Below, piece after piece: positions 13,168 through 24,000 of a stretch of 64,000 bases of DNA. Numbering within the stretch: the stretch's first letter is position 1; every line of letters starts with the position of its first letter. This stretch comes from Eledone cirrhosa (Eukaryota), in the NCBI GenBank assembly GCA_964016885.1, contig OZ024742.1, forward strand, positions 283,960,001-284,024,000. Direction: 5' to 3'. The position numbers were made by a program, and so were the translations under genes. Below the pieces are notes generated by a model that saw only the letters and a list, made by a program, of their open reading frames with translations, did no database searches and was not told the origin of the DNA.

Positions 13168-13176
<9 letters not shown>
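12345..13176. mobile_element. Inverted pair of Penelope-type termini (arms 12345-12452 and 13069-13176)
   Basis: The two ~108-bp arms are reverse complements, each contains a hammerhead motif, and both point outward toward (TA)n tracts. Confidence 0.75.
13069..13122 (+). ncRNA. Minimal type-I hammerhead ribozyme with intact core
   Basis: CTGC-CTGAAGA-GGT..ACC-GAAA-TATATA-TA-GCAG: stem I CTGC/GCAG, CUGANGA and GAAA boxes, palindromic helix III, UA before the cleavage site. Confidence 0.8.
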
Positions 13177-13215
<39 letters not shown>

Positions 13216-13238
13216 ATTGGTGCTCCAAAATAGCGATG

Positions 13239-13790
13239 TATACATGAATGTATGTATAGTATATTTGGCAATATACCGTATGTTTATATAAAAACATTTA
13301 GAAGACCATACGCTATCATTTTTAAAGTAGTGACCGTGTCACTTACTTCTTTTCAGCGAAAGAAGGGAGAGAAGCTGACAGTCTGTTTCACGCTGGTTGG
13401 CGTTTATCAGAGCCACGTACTCCTCTGTTTTCGCCGAAAATTATAGAAGCTGGATTCTTATAGTATTCCAGTAATAATCAAGATCTGATTATACAATCCT
13501 AATACCTAATTTTTGCTGGACCGGCAATCGCTCTGTATAATCAGCTCCTGGTTATTACTGGAATTCTATAAGAATCCAGCTTCTATAATTTTCGGTGAAA
13601 GCAGAGGAGTACGTGGCTCTGATAAACGCCAACCAGCGTGAAACAGACTGTCAGCTTCTCTCCCTTCTTTCGCCAAAAAGAAGTAAGTGACACGGTCACT
13701 ACTTTAAAAATGATAGCGTATGGTCTTCTAAATGTTTTTAATTAAACATACGGTATATTGCCAAATATACTATACATACATTCATGTATA
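13239..13790. repeat. Foldback with 257-bp inverted arms and a 38-bp spacer, each arm carrying a hammerhead-like motif
   Basis: 13239-13495 is a near-perfect reverse complement of 13534-13790; motif GGCT-CTGATAA-ACGC.CAACCA.GCGT-GAAA-CAGACTG-TC-AGCT at 13615-13656 (+) and 13373-13414 (-). Confidence 0.9.
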
Positions 13791-13984
13791 TGCAGAGAAA
13801 TGAAACTGGTGAAGCAGCTATAATGGACATGTTGTGGTCTGTTCTGAAGCACGGTAAAATGACTGGTGAGTAACTTACAGTATTTATTAAAACACATCAA
13901 TGCTTTGTGTATGCATTATTGTGTGTGTTTATGTATATGTACATAAACACATACATACATACATACATACATACATACATACAT

Positions 13985-14017
<33 letters not shown>

Positions 14018-14100
14018 TGCATGCATGCATACATACATACATACATACATACATACATACATACATACATACATACATACATACATACATACATACATAC

Positions 14101-14729
14101 ATAATGGCTGCCCCTTCGTTATCGAGTATGGCCATTTCACGATATACCATTATTAATAATTATTAATTAATTCTATCGTGCAATGCCTGTGCTTGAAGAT
14201 ATTTTTTAAAGTGAGGAAAGACTGTGCACTGAGCCAATCCCACTCTCTGAGAGACAGTAGCTATAACCCGAAAAGAAGAAAAGATCAACATCATCGGTAA
14301 CTACTGAGCCACAGGTTTTATATCGGAGTTACCCCAGTTTCCTGAGTTGCCTTCTCCTAGAAGAATGCCCTGACAAAAGCTATGGGTCCTTCACTCCCAG
14401 TGGTTTAACCACGCGATCGGATGTCCAGCCCGACTATTGCTATGACCCCGCGCATATACATACACATGCACCCATGTATATACACATATACATATACATA
14501 CATATGTACATGTGTATATACATATTTACACACTTTTGGATGGCCGTTGACTCTTATGAGTTCTTCCGCCCTTTGTCAGGTTTTGCTTTTGGTACTGCAG
14601 GGTGTCCAAAATCACCCTCCTCACCAAGTAAACTTGGTGAGGTTGCCGGTTTAGTCGCTGACGACCCGACCATCCGACAGGTTGTACTGGATTACATGTT
14701 ACCAGTAGCACTCAAGAGTGACCCGACAT
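14101..14729 (-). mobile_element. Bipartite non-autonomous RTE-derived element, copy 2, within (ACAT)n
   Basis: Homologous to 4131-4768; same 5' start and 3' GGCAGCCAT(T/C)(ATGT)n end; (TACA)n on both sides. Confidence 0.75.
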
Positions 14730-14802
14730 ACATACATACATACATACATACATACATACATACATACATACATACATACATACATACATACATACATACA
14801 CA

Positions 14803-15594
14803 CTCAAAAAGCCTGGCATGGAGTTCCGACAAGTTTATGACATCACACCTTGAGGGATATCTCTATGCAATACAGGAACAAGAACTCCCTATCAAATATC
14901 TGCTGCACAAAAGGGGAGGGCCATCAGCTGACAATAAATGTAGGCTATGTAAAACAAAGATCGAGGATGTAAGCCACATTGTTGCCAGCTGCGAAAGAAT
15001 GTCATCTCGCTACTACCTCCCCATGAGACACGATGGGATAGCTAGAACTATCTGGAACGCACTTCGGAAAACAAAATTAACAACAAACGAGGAAGAATAT
15101 ATTGAGACAGATGGCACTAAGGAATACTGGTGGAACCTGAAAACAAAAACTGCCACCAAATTAAAGCACAACCGGCCTGATATTGTAGTTTGGGACCACA
15201 CATTGAAAACGTGTTCTGTTGTGGAGATCAGCTGCCCACTTGTGGTAAACGTTGTCAGAAAAATACAGGAGAAGGAGGACATCTACGGACCATTGATGAG
15301 GAGTTTACAAATCCAGTATCCAAGATACACCTTTAGCTTCATACCCATCATTATTGGTGCTACGGGTTATATACCAACCCGCTTGGACCAAAGTATGACC
15401 GAACTTGGATTTGCGGACAAAAAGCGCAGCTCCCTAATTCATAGTCTACAAATGGCTGCGATAGCTGGCACCTTCAAAATTTGCAAAACATTCTTGCGAT
15501 TCAAGGGATGACAATTTCTTTTCTTTTACAACCTTGCCACCAGGAAGGTGGCCGGTCAAAAAAAATATACTCGAAATTAAGAGAAAGAGAAAAC
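14803..15594 (+). mobile_element. 5'-truncated RLE non-LTR retrotransposon (R4/Dong-like) inserted in (ACAT)n
   Basis: AIQEQ, CRLC..EDVSHIVASC (CCHC), RHD, HNRPDIVV, VEISCP, QEKEDIY, IPIIIGATG: zinc knuckle plus PD-(D/E)xK nuclease; (TACA)n on both sides. Confidence 0.88.
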
Positions 15595-16717
15595 ATACAT
15601 ACATACATACATACATACATACATACATACATACATACATACATACATACATACATACATAGAGAGTAAAGTCCGTAAGCATCATAATATATAGATATAT
15701 ATTCATAATGCTTGTAAGACAAACGCATATATTATAGAATATAACTGGAGAAATAAAATTAAAATATGTCACATAAATGGTTAACTTTGCCTTTCATCCT
15801 TTCGGGGTCGATAAAATAAAGTACCAGTAATACACTGGGTAATTGCTGGCCTTGTGCCAAATGTAGAAACAGTTATATGTAGACCCAAAGTGACATTTTT
15901 ATTAAGAGGTGTTCCGAAAAACTGTACACTCGTATGTAACAGAAACATACTTTCTTTTTTCGAAACTAAAATAAGAGAAATGTTACAGTCCTATATACAT
16001 ATATGTAGTAGTTAAAAAAAAACCTGTGCCGAGTGGTTGACCATATTTCAATGCATTTTCTATATAGTTATATATACTCTGTTGTGAACTTGAGTTCGAA
16101 ATTGAAAATAATTCGATATTTGTGCCGTTCTTCTGAAAACATTTAAATAACATGTTGGCATTTTTAATCAAGAGCTGCAGCGAGTAAGTAGAACAGAAGC
16201 TTAATTTTCGTGTTTGGTTAATATATAATTGTTTCTACTTTTGGCACAAGGACAGCAATTATCCCAGTGCATTACTGTTGCTTTATTTTATCGACCCCGT
16301 AAGGATGAAAGGCAAAGCTAACCTCGGCGGAATTTGAACTTAGAACGTAAAGAGCCATAACTTTATGCTGCTAAGCATGGTGTCTGAAGCTCTACCGATA
16401 CTGCCAATCCACCGCCCTTTGGTTAATAGATAATACGATTCCATCTTCGTTTAAATATGTTATTTTCCTTAGTTGTAACATAAGTATCAGTGGTGGCTGT
16501 GGTTGTTATTTTCGTTCTTCTTCTTCTTCTTCTTCTTCTTCTTCTTCTTCTTCTTCTTCTTCTTCTTCTTCTTCTTCTTCTTCTTCTTCTTGTGGCGGTG
16601 GTTGTGGTGGTGGGGATTGTAGTGGTGGTGGTGATGGTTATGAAAATTATACCGACTCCAATATCTCGATATTCATTATATTCATTTGGCTTTTTTAATT
16701 GTTTCTGCTTTTCACAG

Positions 16718-16894
16718 ATCACCTCAAAGAAGAATTTAGAAAATTTGAAGACAGTGACAGTTATTGGTCAATGTTAAATGACATCATGCCTGAAGGTGAA
16801 CTTTTTGTGGAGATTGGTGGATGTAAAACTGCATACCGTGTAGCAATGGATTGGAGAAATCACCACTCATCCATTATCGCATTGTTATTTCAAG
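16718..16894 (+). CDS. Host gene exon (first confidently read); start of methyltransferase-like unit 1
   Basis: ttttcacag|AT ... CAAG|gtgaga; phase 1-1; HLKEEFRKFEDSDSYWSMLNDIMPEGELFVEIGGCKTAYRVAMDW... Confidence 0.8.
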
Positions 16895-18401
16895 GTGAGA
16901 CTCATTACAGTTTATTTGGTGGAGGAGTCCTGAATGTGATATCATTATATGTTGACTTTGCCTTTCATCCTTACGGGGTCGATAAAATAAAGTACCAGTA
17001 ATGCACTGGGTAATTGCTGGCCTTGTGCCTAAAGTAGAAACAATTATATATATTCTTTTTCTCTTCTACTCCGTTCTCACGAATCAATGAGGCTGATCTT
17101 TAGCTCATTTTCAATGTAGAATTACCCCTCCACATTCAGTGACCCATAGTCTCCCTCAAAACGTAATGAAACCCTAAATGATCCTAAACTTATGGAATTA
17201 GCAGTAAATGTAATGTTCCATCACTTTCTAAATGCATTTGGTTCCTAAACTACAATCGAGACAGTAACTACATAATAACATGGAGCGTTTTTACAAAGGC
17301 AAAATCATACAACGTTGAGTTTAGTCACAGTTAACTATGTGCAACTGAAAAACTCATAATTCTGATTCTATCTGCCCACATTTTAAACAGAAGAAAAATA
17401 TTTAACGCCATGCCTTCACCCCAAAAAGAAGAAGAAAAAGAAATTTTAGGCTTTCAAATTTTGAACTGCAAACTGACTGAACCTACAGCTGACTTACAGG
17501 ATCTACTGAGAATGAAGCAAATTATTTAACTATCTAATGCATTTGTCTTCTTTCAATTTTGGCTGTTTGGCGTTTTTAATGATTTCAAGGTGTAATCTTG
17601 ATAAATTAGTATATATGTAATGTTATGTAAACATTGTTTAATATTAAATTTGATAATTTCTTTTTCTGTTCCTAAGCATTTTTTTAATATCTTCTTTAAA
17701 GCAACCTGATGTTTAAAAATTTATGCTGATATCATAAACACAGATCCCCATAGAGATAAAAATAATTGTAAACGGGATTGTAGATTTTCATTTCAAAGCA
17801 AATACCTTCAATTCAAAAATTAGAGCCATTACATTCCTCTTGGGCACCACATGGCCCTTATTGTGTTGATCATTGCCCATTCGGGTCTAAGTTCTAATTT
17901 AGGTCCTTATATTTAATGTGATACCAAAAAGTGAACTTTTACACCAATTTGAAATGATTTGTTGTCGGGTCCCTCCCATTAACTAGATGGTATCTGAAGG
18001 ACAATCTAAAGTTATGTTTGGAATCAGCGCCTAAAACGCCAATTTCGTCTCCGTGAAAAAAACAATTTATTTTGTTGTCCATTTTATTTCTTTACTATTT
18101 AGTCTGATGCGACAGTGGAGACTGGCGCGAAAGGCACCACACCCGAGTGCTAAGTAATGCGTTAAACCGACCGACCGACCGACTAAGTTTACCACCCAAG
18201 TAGAACGCAAAGAGCGAGAACAAATACTACAAGACATCTCGTCCAACGCTCTCATCGTCAATCATTTGACGCTCTAACTCTCAATACACTGTATTTATGT
18301 TATCGATTCTGAAAATATGAAGGGCAAAGTTGACTTTAGCGAGATTTCAACTCGGAAAGCAGATTGATAGTACAATAATTCTTCAGCATTTTTATGTTGT
18401 A

Positions 18402-18814
18402 CTAGCAGAATGGCCTGGCGTTGCTCGGGATTTCCTCTAGGGTTCTTATATATTTGATATATATTTATCCTTATCGAGCCTCGTGAATAAATACGTTTGT
18501 TTATATTTTGTTATTGTGTATGCAAAAATATCTGTACACGAATATATAATTATATATATATATATATATAACAGTACAGAGAAGTACGGAATACCTCGGC
18601 CTCAAAAAGAGAAAGACTAAGAATTATAGAGAGAGATGGCTACATCGCCTAATGCGGTCCGTGGGGCATTGAAAGTTTGAAATTTCTTTTTGCTCAAAAC
18701 ACTCACAGGACCATAAGTATTACATGTGTAAAGTTTGAAAACAATCGGTTGGGTGGTTCTCGAGTTTTAGTGAGCTGACAGACAGACAGACATTCTCTGT
18801 TTTAGATATATAGA
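18402..18814 (-). mobile_element. Complete non-autonomous Helitron carrying a (GTCT)n microsatellite
   Basis: A|TCTATATATCTAAAA 5' end, 3' CCCGAGCAACGCCAGG hairpin followed by CTAG|T, no TSD; 5' end and an internal segment are shared with 40999-41990. Confidence 0.85.
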
Positions 18815-18854
18815 TAATGTAGCTCAAACTAAGAATTTCCTTTTCTGTTTAAAG

Positions 18855-18973
18855 AAGATTCTATGGAATGGTGTGTGTCAAAGGGCAAGAAATATGGTCT
18901 TGAAGGATATTTTGTTGCCTCCATTGTCGATTCAGTTCAACAAATTGTTCAATCACTTTATTTAGATAACCAA
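18855..18973 (+). CDS. Host gene exon
   Basis: ttttctgtttaaag|AA ... CAA|gtaagt; phase 1-0; EDSMEWCVSKGKKYGLEGYFVASIVDSVQQIVQSLYLDNQ. Confidence 0.82.
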
Positions 18974-19022
18974 GTAAGTGGTAATCTCTTCTCCCCCACT
19001 CTCTCTCTCTCTCTCTCCCTCT

Positions 19023-19087
<65 letters not shown>

Positions 19088-19495
19088 GCACTCTCCCTCA
19101 AAATCACTCTCTTCCTTTCACTCCGTCACTCTCCCCTTCTCTTTCTCTCGCCCTTAATGTTTCATTGTTTTTCATATGACTGGGGGCCTTATCATCAGAA
19201 CACCCGAGAAACCCCCTATGAGATGCAGCCTCGTATGAGGCCAGTTAAACATATATAGATGTAAGCTGTAAATTTCATTTTTTCATCTTGTATAGCTCTT
19301 ACTCTCCTCTTTCTCCTCCCTCCCTTACCATCACCGCTCTGCCTTTCTATTAAACACACAACAACAATGACTCTACTGTCACTTAACTATCATATGACTC
19401 TTTCTCTCTTTCCCCCTTTCCCTTTTTCACCTTGACATCTCCCCCTCTCTCTCTACATATATGTGTGTATTATGTGTGTATATATATGCGTCTGT

Positions 19496-19551
<56 letters not shown>

Positions 19552-20171
19552 GATTTAAACCCCACCGAGCATAATTTTGCCTTTCAACAATTCGTGGGCA
19601 ATAAATTACCAATCCAGGAGCAGAGGATTGGCGGAACTGTTAAATAGTTAGACGGAGTGGGGTGTTTTGCGATATGTGATTCATGTCTGTGCATTCTGAG
19701 TCCAAGCCCTGCATCCAACTGTCAGGAGTTGTGGCCAGCCGATAGTATCAACTTGCAATAGATGAAGCGACTCAATTGCAGTAAAGCGGCCATGATTGGC
19801 AGTATCGTTAGAGGGTCGGACGCCATGCTTTGCAGCATAGAGTTACGCCCCTTTATGATCTGAGTTCAAATCCCGCCGAGGTTAACTTTGCCTTTCATCC
19901 TTACGGGATCGATAAAATAAAGTACCAGTCACGCACTGGGGTCGATTTAATCGACTGTCCCCTCCCCAAAAATTGCTGGTCTTGTGCCTATATAAGAAAT
20001 CATTATGATAAAATATGATGTAGTCAAATCTTCGTTGAAGCTTCATCAAGTCTTCATCAAAGTTTCGTCAAGGCTTCATCTTCCCAATGGATTAGAGGAA
20101 ACACGACGACGATGTGTGATTAATTCTTCATTGAAAATCTAACAGTGTCCACCTTGTTTATATCATTGCAG

Positions 20172-20315
20172 ATCTCGCTGGAATATCTCCTCATAAGCGA
20201 CATTCACACACTTCTTCGTGGACTGCTGCCGCATGAAAGTGTTCATCTTTTAATCTCGCTTCTCTCTTTCACTAACACTGTGTTTGTTATTCATCGGACT
20301 GACACACAACAACAG
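20172..20315 (+). CDS. Host gene exon
   Basis: tatcattgcag|ATC ... CAG|gtgata; phase 0-0; ISLEYLLISDIHTLLRGLLPHESVHLLISLLSFTNTVFVIHRTDTQQQ. Confidence 0.8.
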
Positions 20316-20922
20316 GTGATAACACATATTTAGACGTTAACTTTGCCTTTCATCCTTACGGGGTCGATACTGGGTAATTGCTGGCCTTGTGCCAATAGTA
20401 GAAACAATTATTATTGTAGTGGATTGGCAGTATCAGTAGAGGGTCGGACGCCAAGCATAGAGTTACGGCCCTTGCCATTCTGAGTTCAAATCCCACCGAG
20501 GTTAACTTTGCCTTTCATCCTTACGGGGTCGATAACATAAAGTACCAGTAATGCACTGGGTAATTGCTGGCCTTGTGCCAATAGTAGAAACAATTATTAT
20601 TGTAGAGGGTTGGCAGTGGATTGGCAGTATCAGTAGAGGGTCGGACGCCATGCTTTGCAGCAAAGAGTTACGGCCCTTTATGGTCTGAGTTCAAATCCCG
20701 CCGAGGTTAACTTTGCCTTTCATCCTTACGGGGTCGATAAAATAAAGTACCAGTAATGCACTGAGATAATTGCTGGCCTTGTACCAAAAGTAGATTCACC
20801 CCTAGATGTCTTTATGGGTCATTTTGAAAAGCCCTGGTTTAAATACAGATCAGGTCTATGATCAAAGTAAACCTATGATTTAAAGTAGACTTATGATTAA
20901 AGTATATATCATCATTATCGTC

Positions 20923-21030
20923 ACTAGCAGAAAAACCACCCTTGGGTGGTTTTCTGCTAGCATGTGTAATGTGTATATTGATATTATACATGTAGATATG
21001 ATACATCAAATAAAATCGTAATTGACAATA
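20923..21030 (-). mobile_element. Helitron 3' terminus (second family); homologue at 42880-42980 (+)
   Basis: AAAACC(A/G)CC..GG(T/C)GGTTTTT hairpin followed by CTGCTAG|T in both copies; the upstream ~50 bp are homologous. Confidence 0.7.
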
Positions 21031-21984
21031 TACACAGAAATTGAACGAAGTCTATGTTACACTGTCTTCTGTAATCAATAACGTAATCCATGATACATTT
21101 AAAAAAAGACGATATTATAAACTGCATTAGGAGAAAATTAGCGACGGAAATATATGCAATATTTTTATAAGTGTTGTAATATAATGGCCGCTAAACGGAA
21201 GTGTTGACATTTGAACATTTTAAAGAAGGGAATCTTTAAATAAGCTATAAAATATATTTAATCAACAGCCACGAAATTTAGTACATAAATGATGTAATAT
21301 TCATTCATTATTTATTTAAAGGCGGTGAATTGGCAGTATCGGTAGAGGGTTGGACGCCATGCTTTCTAGCACAGTTACGTCCCTTTACGGTCTGAGTTCA
21401 AATCCCGCCAAGGTTAACTTTGCCTTTCATCCTTACGGGGTCGATAAAATAAAGTACCAGTAATACACTGGGTAATTGCTGGCCTTGTGCCAAAAGTAGA
21501 AACAATTATTTATTCAAAGTAATCCAACTTATTTTACAAACGGGGTAAAAGAAATATATTCTGGACGCAGTCCCGCACTCCTTTCTTTATTATAGTTAAG
21601 ATCACCATCTGGGGTTGCGTCATGCTCACACGTTCCATCTTTGGCATGGTTTCAACAACTGGATACACTTCCTAACACCAACCACATTACGGAGTGTACA
21701 GGATGCATTTTACCAGTACACGCAAGTGGATTGGGTACATTCTGTTGCACCACCAACACTACCACATTACAGAGTGTATTGGGTGCATTCTATTGTGGCA
21801 TCCGACTCACCATATTCAGAGTGCACGTCTCTATTTGTATGTATTCACTTTATGAATAGCGGAGGCGCATTTAATTGGAGAACAAAAGCCGACTCTGAAC
21901 CGCCAGAGTGATTTGAAAACACCTGTACATATACTCCAACAGGTAAAAAAAGAACGACAGAGTCTGAGAAAGATTTTAGATCTG

Positions 21985-22120
21985 AAAGTGCTCGAATGGC
22001 TCTTCCAACGCATCTCCATTACCATCCTCCGGGGAAACGCCTTCTCCATTCTGTCCGCCGGGGCTGTGAGGCGGCCAGCACGTGAGACCCCATTTGCTCA
22101 CTATACAGAGAGGTGAGTAG
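21985..22120 (+). mobile_element. CRE-clade RLE C-terminal fragment
   Basis: LEWLFQRISITILRGNAFSILSAG. Confidence 0.7.
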
Positions 22121-22571
22121 GGCGTAAGAGATGGGGTCTATGACAGTGGCAGTTCTGCTCTTCCATGTTCGGACACATTGCACCTGTCAAGAGTGTATTT
22201 TCATATTTATAACCATTAACTACCCCATTACCCCATACTAACACATACCAACCTAGCAACAAAGATCGTAGACAGTAGCCGTGTGTCCGTTTACGGTAAA
22301 TATATTAATCCCAACTCTAATTCCAATCTTTATTCTATCTTTTTTCTAATATTTAATTATAACTTTAACTCACACACCTCTTCCTATCTACGCCTTTATC
22401 CTCACCTAAACAAACAATAAAACACAAAACGTTTACCGTTTTATCTCGCATATTTGTTCTATTTATTTCCTCCTCTCAGCCCCTTTATAGCTTCCCCTTC
22501 ATTCCTCGATTACGTAACACTGACTGGAACTGCCCGTAACTACAACGACTATACAACCCTATATATGTAGA

Positions 22572-22806
22572 CGCATGGCTTAGTGGTTAGAGCATTGAGG
22601 TTGTGAGTTCGATTCTCGGACCAGGCTTTGCGTTGTGTTCTTGAGCAAGACACTTTATTTCCCTTTATTTCACTCCGCTGTAGAAATGAGTTTGTGATGT
22701 CACTGGTGCCAAGCTGTATCAACATTTGCCTTTCCCTTGGACAACATAGGTGGCGTGTAAAGAGAAGACTGGTACGCATGGGCGACTGCTGGTCTTCCAC
22801 AAACAA
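22572..22806 (+). mobile_element. tRNA-derived CORE-type SINE (other copies ~4920-5035 -, ~6120-6385 -, ~10945-11060 +, ~40390-40620 +)
   Basis: TGGCTTAGTGG A-box, GAGTTCGATTC B-box, CORE-like GTGTTCTTGAGCAAGACACTTTA. Confidence 0.75.
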
Positions 22807-22916
22807 GTGAAACAGTTCTAGTCCTGTAGAACCCTTTTCTATATTAAATATTTATACTCTGCTTTGTATTGAGTACCTTACTTACTGTGGTTACCCCCGA
22901 TTGAACCCAGGATAAA

Positions 22917-22952
<36 letters not shown>

Positions 22953-23160
22953 TTCTTTTGTTAACCTGTTTAGCTTGCTTCGTTTTTTTTTACTCAGGTG
23001 GCTGATAGCTTCACGACCACCGTTTTCACTTTGTCTGGCCTCTATAACGTATGTTAATTGCTCTGGTCTTCTTTTAGTCCATTGAGCGCTTGCCGCATAT
23101 CTCGAAATTTGCGTTTCGCTTTGTTTTTGGCCACCGCCGAAATACGATCTCGCTGAAATA

Positions 23161-23274
<114 letters not shown>

Positions 23275-23522
23275 AAAATATCTGCTCGAAAGAACTGAGA
23301 CGCGAATACGAGGACAGAAAAAACATTATATCATCTTCGCTCGTCAACCGTCTAATTGGAATGGACACTTATTTCAACACATCTATATATATTAAGTCGT
23401 CAAGTATGAAATTTGTAGAAATTAGTTTTTTTTCTAACAATTTCTACAAATTTCAAACTTGACGACCCAATAGTCCCTACACTATATTGTACTGTTTTTG
23501 TTGTTTTGTTTTTGATTTTAAG

Positions 23523-23714
23523 GTGGGGGTACATTGGTGGACATCCCTAGAAGATTTGCTAACCAATACATGTATGACAGGACAGCTACTTTGCCGTATC
23601 ACACACCTTCGTCGTACAAGGAATGAGGTAGCCTTCTTCAAAGTGGCCGTTCTGAAAAAGAAGATTCTCAATAAGCTAAAAGCTGAAGTAGACACCGGCA
23701 CAACCAACAAAATG
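23523..23714 (+). CDS. Host gene exon
   Basis: tttgattttaag|GTG ... ATG|gtgagg; phase 0-0; VGVHWWTSLEDLLTNTCMTGQLLCRITHLRR...TTNKM. Confidence 0.82.
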
Positions 23715-24000
23715 GTGAGGTCGCTTCTTTGAGTTTGGCTCGTTCGTTTCTTCTTCTTCTTCTTCTTCTTACGACAGCAATATATTATTATTATTATTAT
23801 TATTGGTGGATTGGCAGTATCGGTAGAGGGTCGGACACCATGCTTTGCAGCAAAGAGTTACGGCCCTTTATGGTCTGAGTTCAAATCCCGCCGAGGTTAA
23901 CTTTGCCTTTCATCCTTACGGGGTCGATAAAATAAAGTACCAGTAATACACTGGAATAATTGCTGGCTTTGTGCCAAAAGTAGACACAATTATTATTATT

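Larger units (their letters stand above)
19790..21515 (+). mobile_element. Cluster of tRNA-derived Deu/Nin-type SINEs (19790-20005, 20336-20415, 20418-20600, 20605-20795, 21320-21515)
   Basis: A-box-like TGGCAGTATCGG, B-box GAGTTCAAATCC, central GCCTTTCATCCTTACGGGGTCGATAAAATAAAGTACCAG resembling the Deu/Nin domain, (ATT)n tail; head-to-tail copies. Other copies near 5.6, 15.8, 16.3, 17.0, 23.9, 29.6, 35.0, 36.7, 48.6, 48.8, 50.4, 50.6, 53.4 and 59.0 kb. Confidence 0.9.

Noticed and set aside
14474-15511. 345-aa ORF as a single gene
   Set aside because: Chance read-through of antisense RTE 5' UTR, (TACA)n and an RLE LINE fragment.
20336-20795. Regularly repeated units resembling a CRISPR array or tRNA cluster
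   Set aside because: They are tandem SINEs: no unique spacers or cas genes, no cloverleaf, and extended A-B box spacing.
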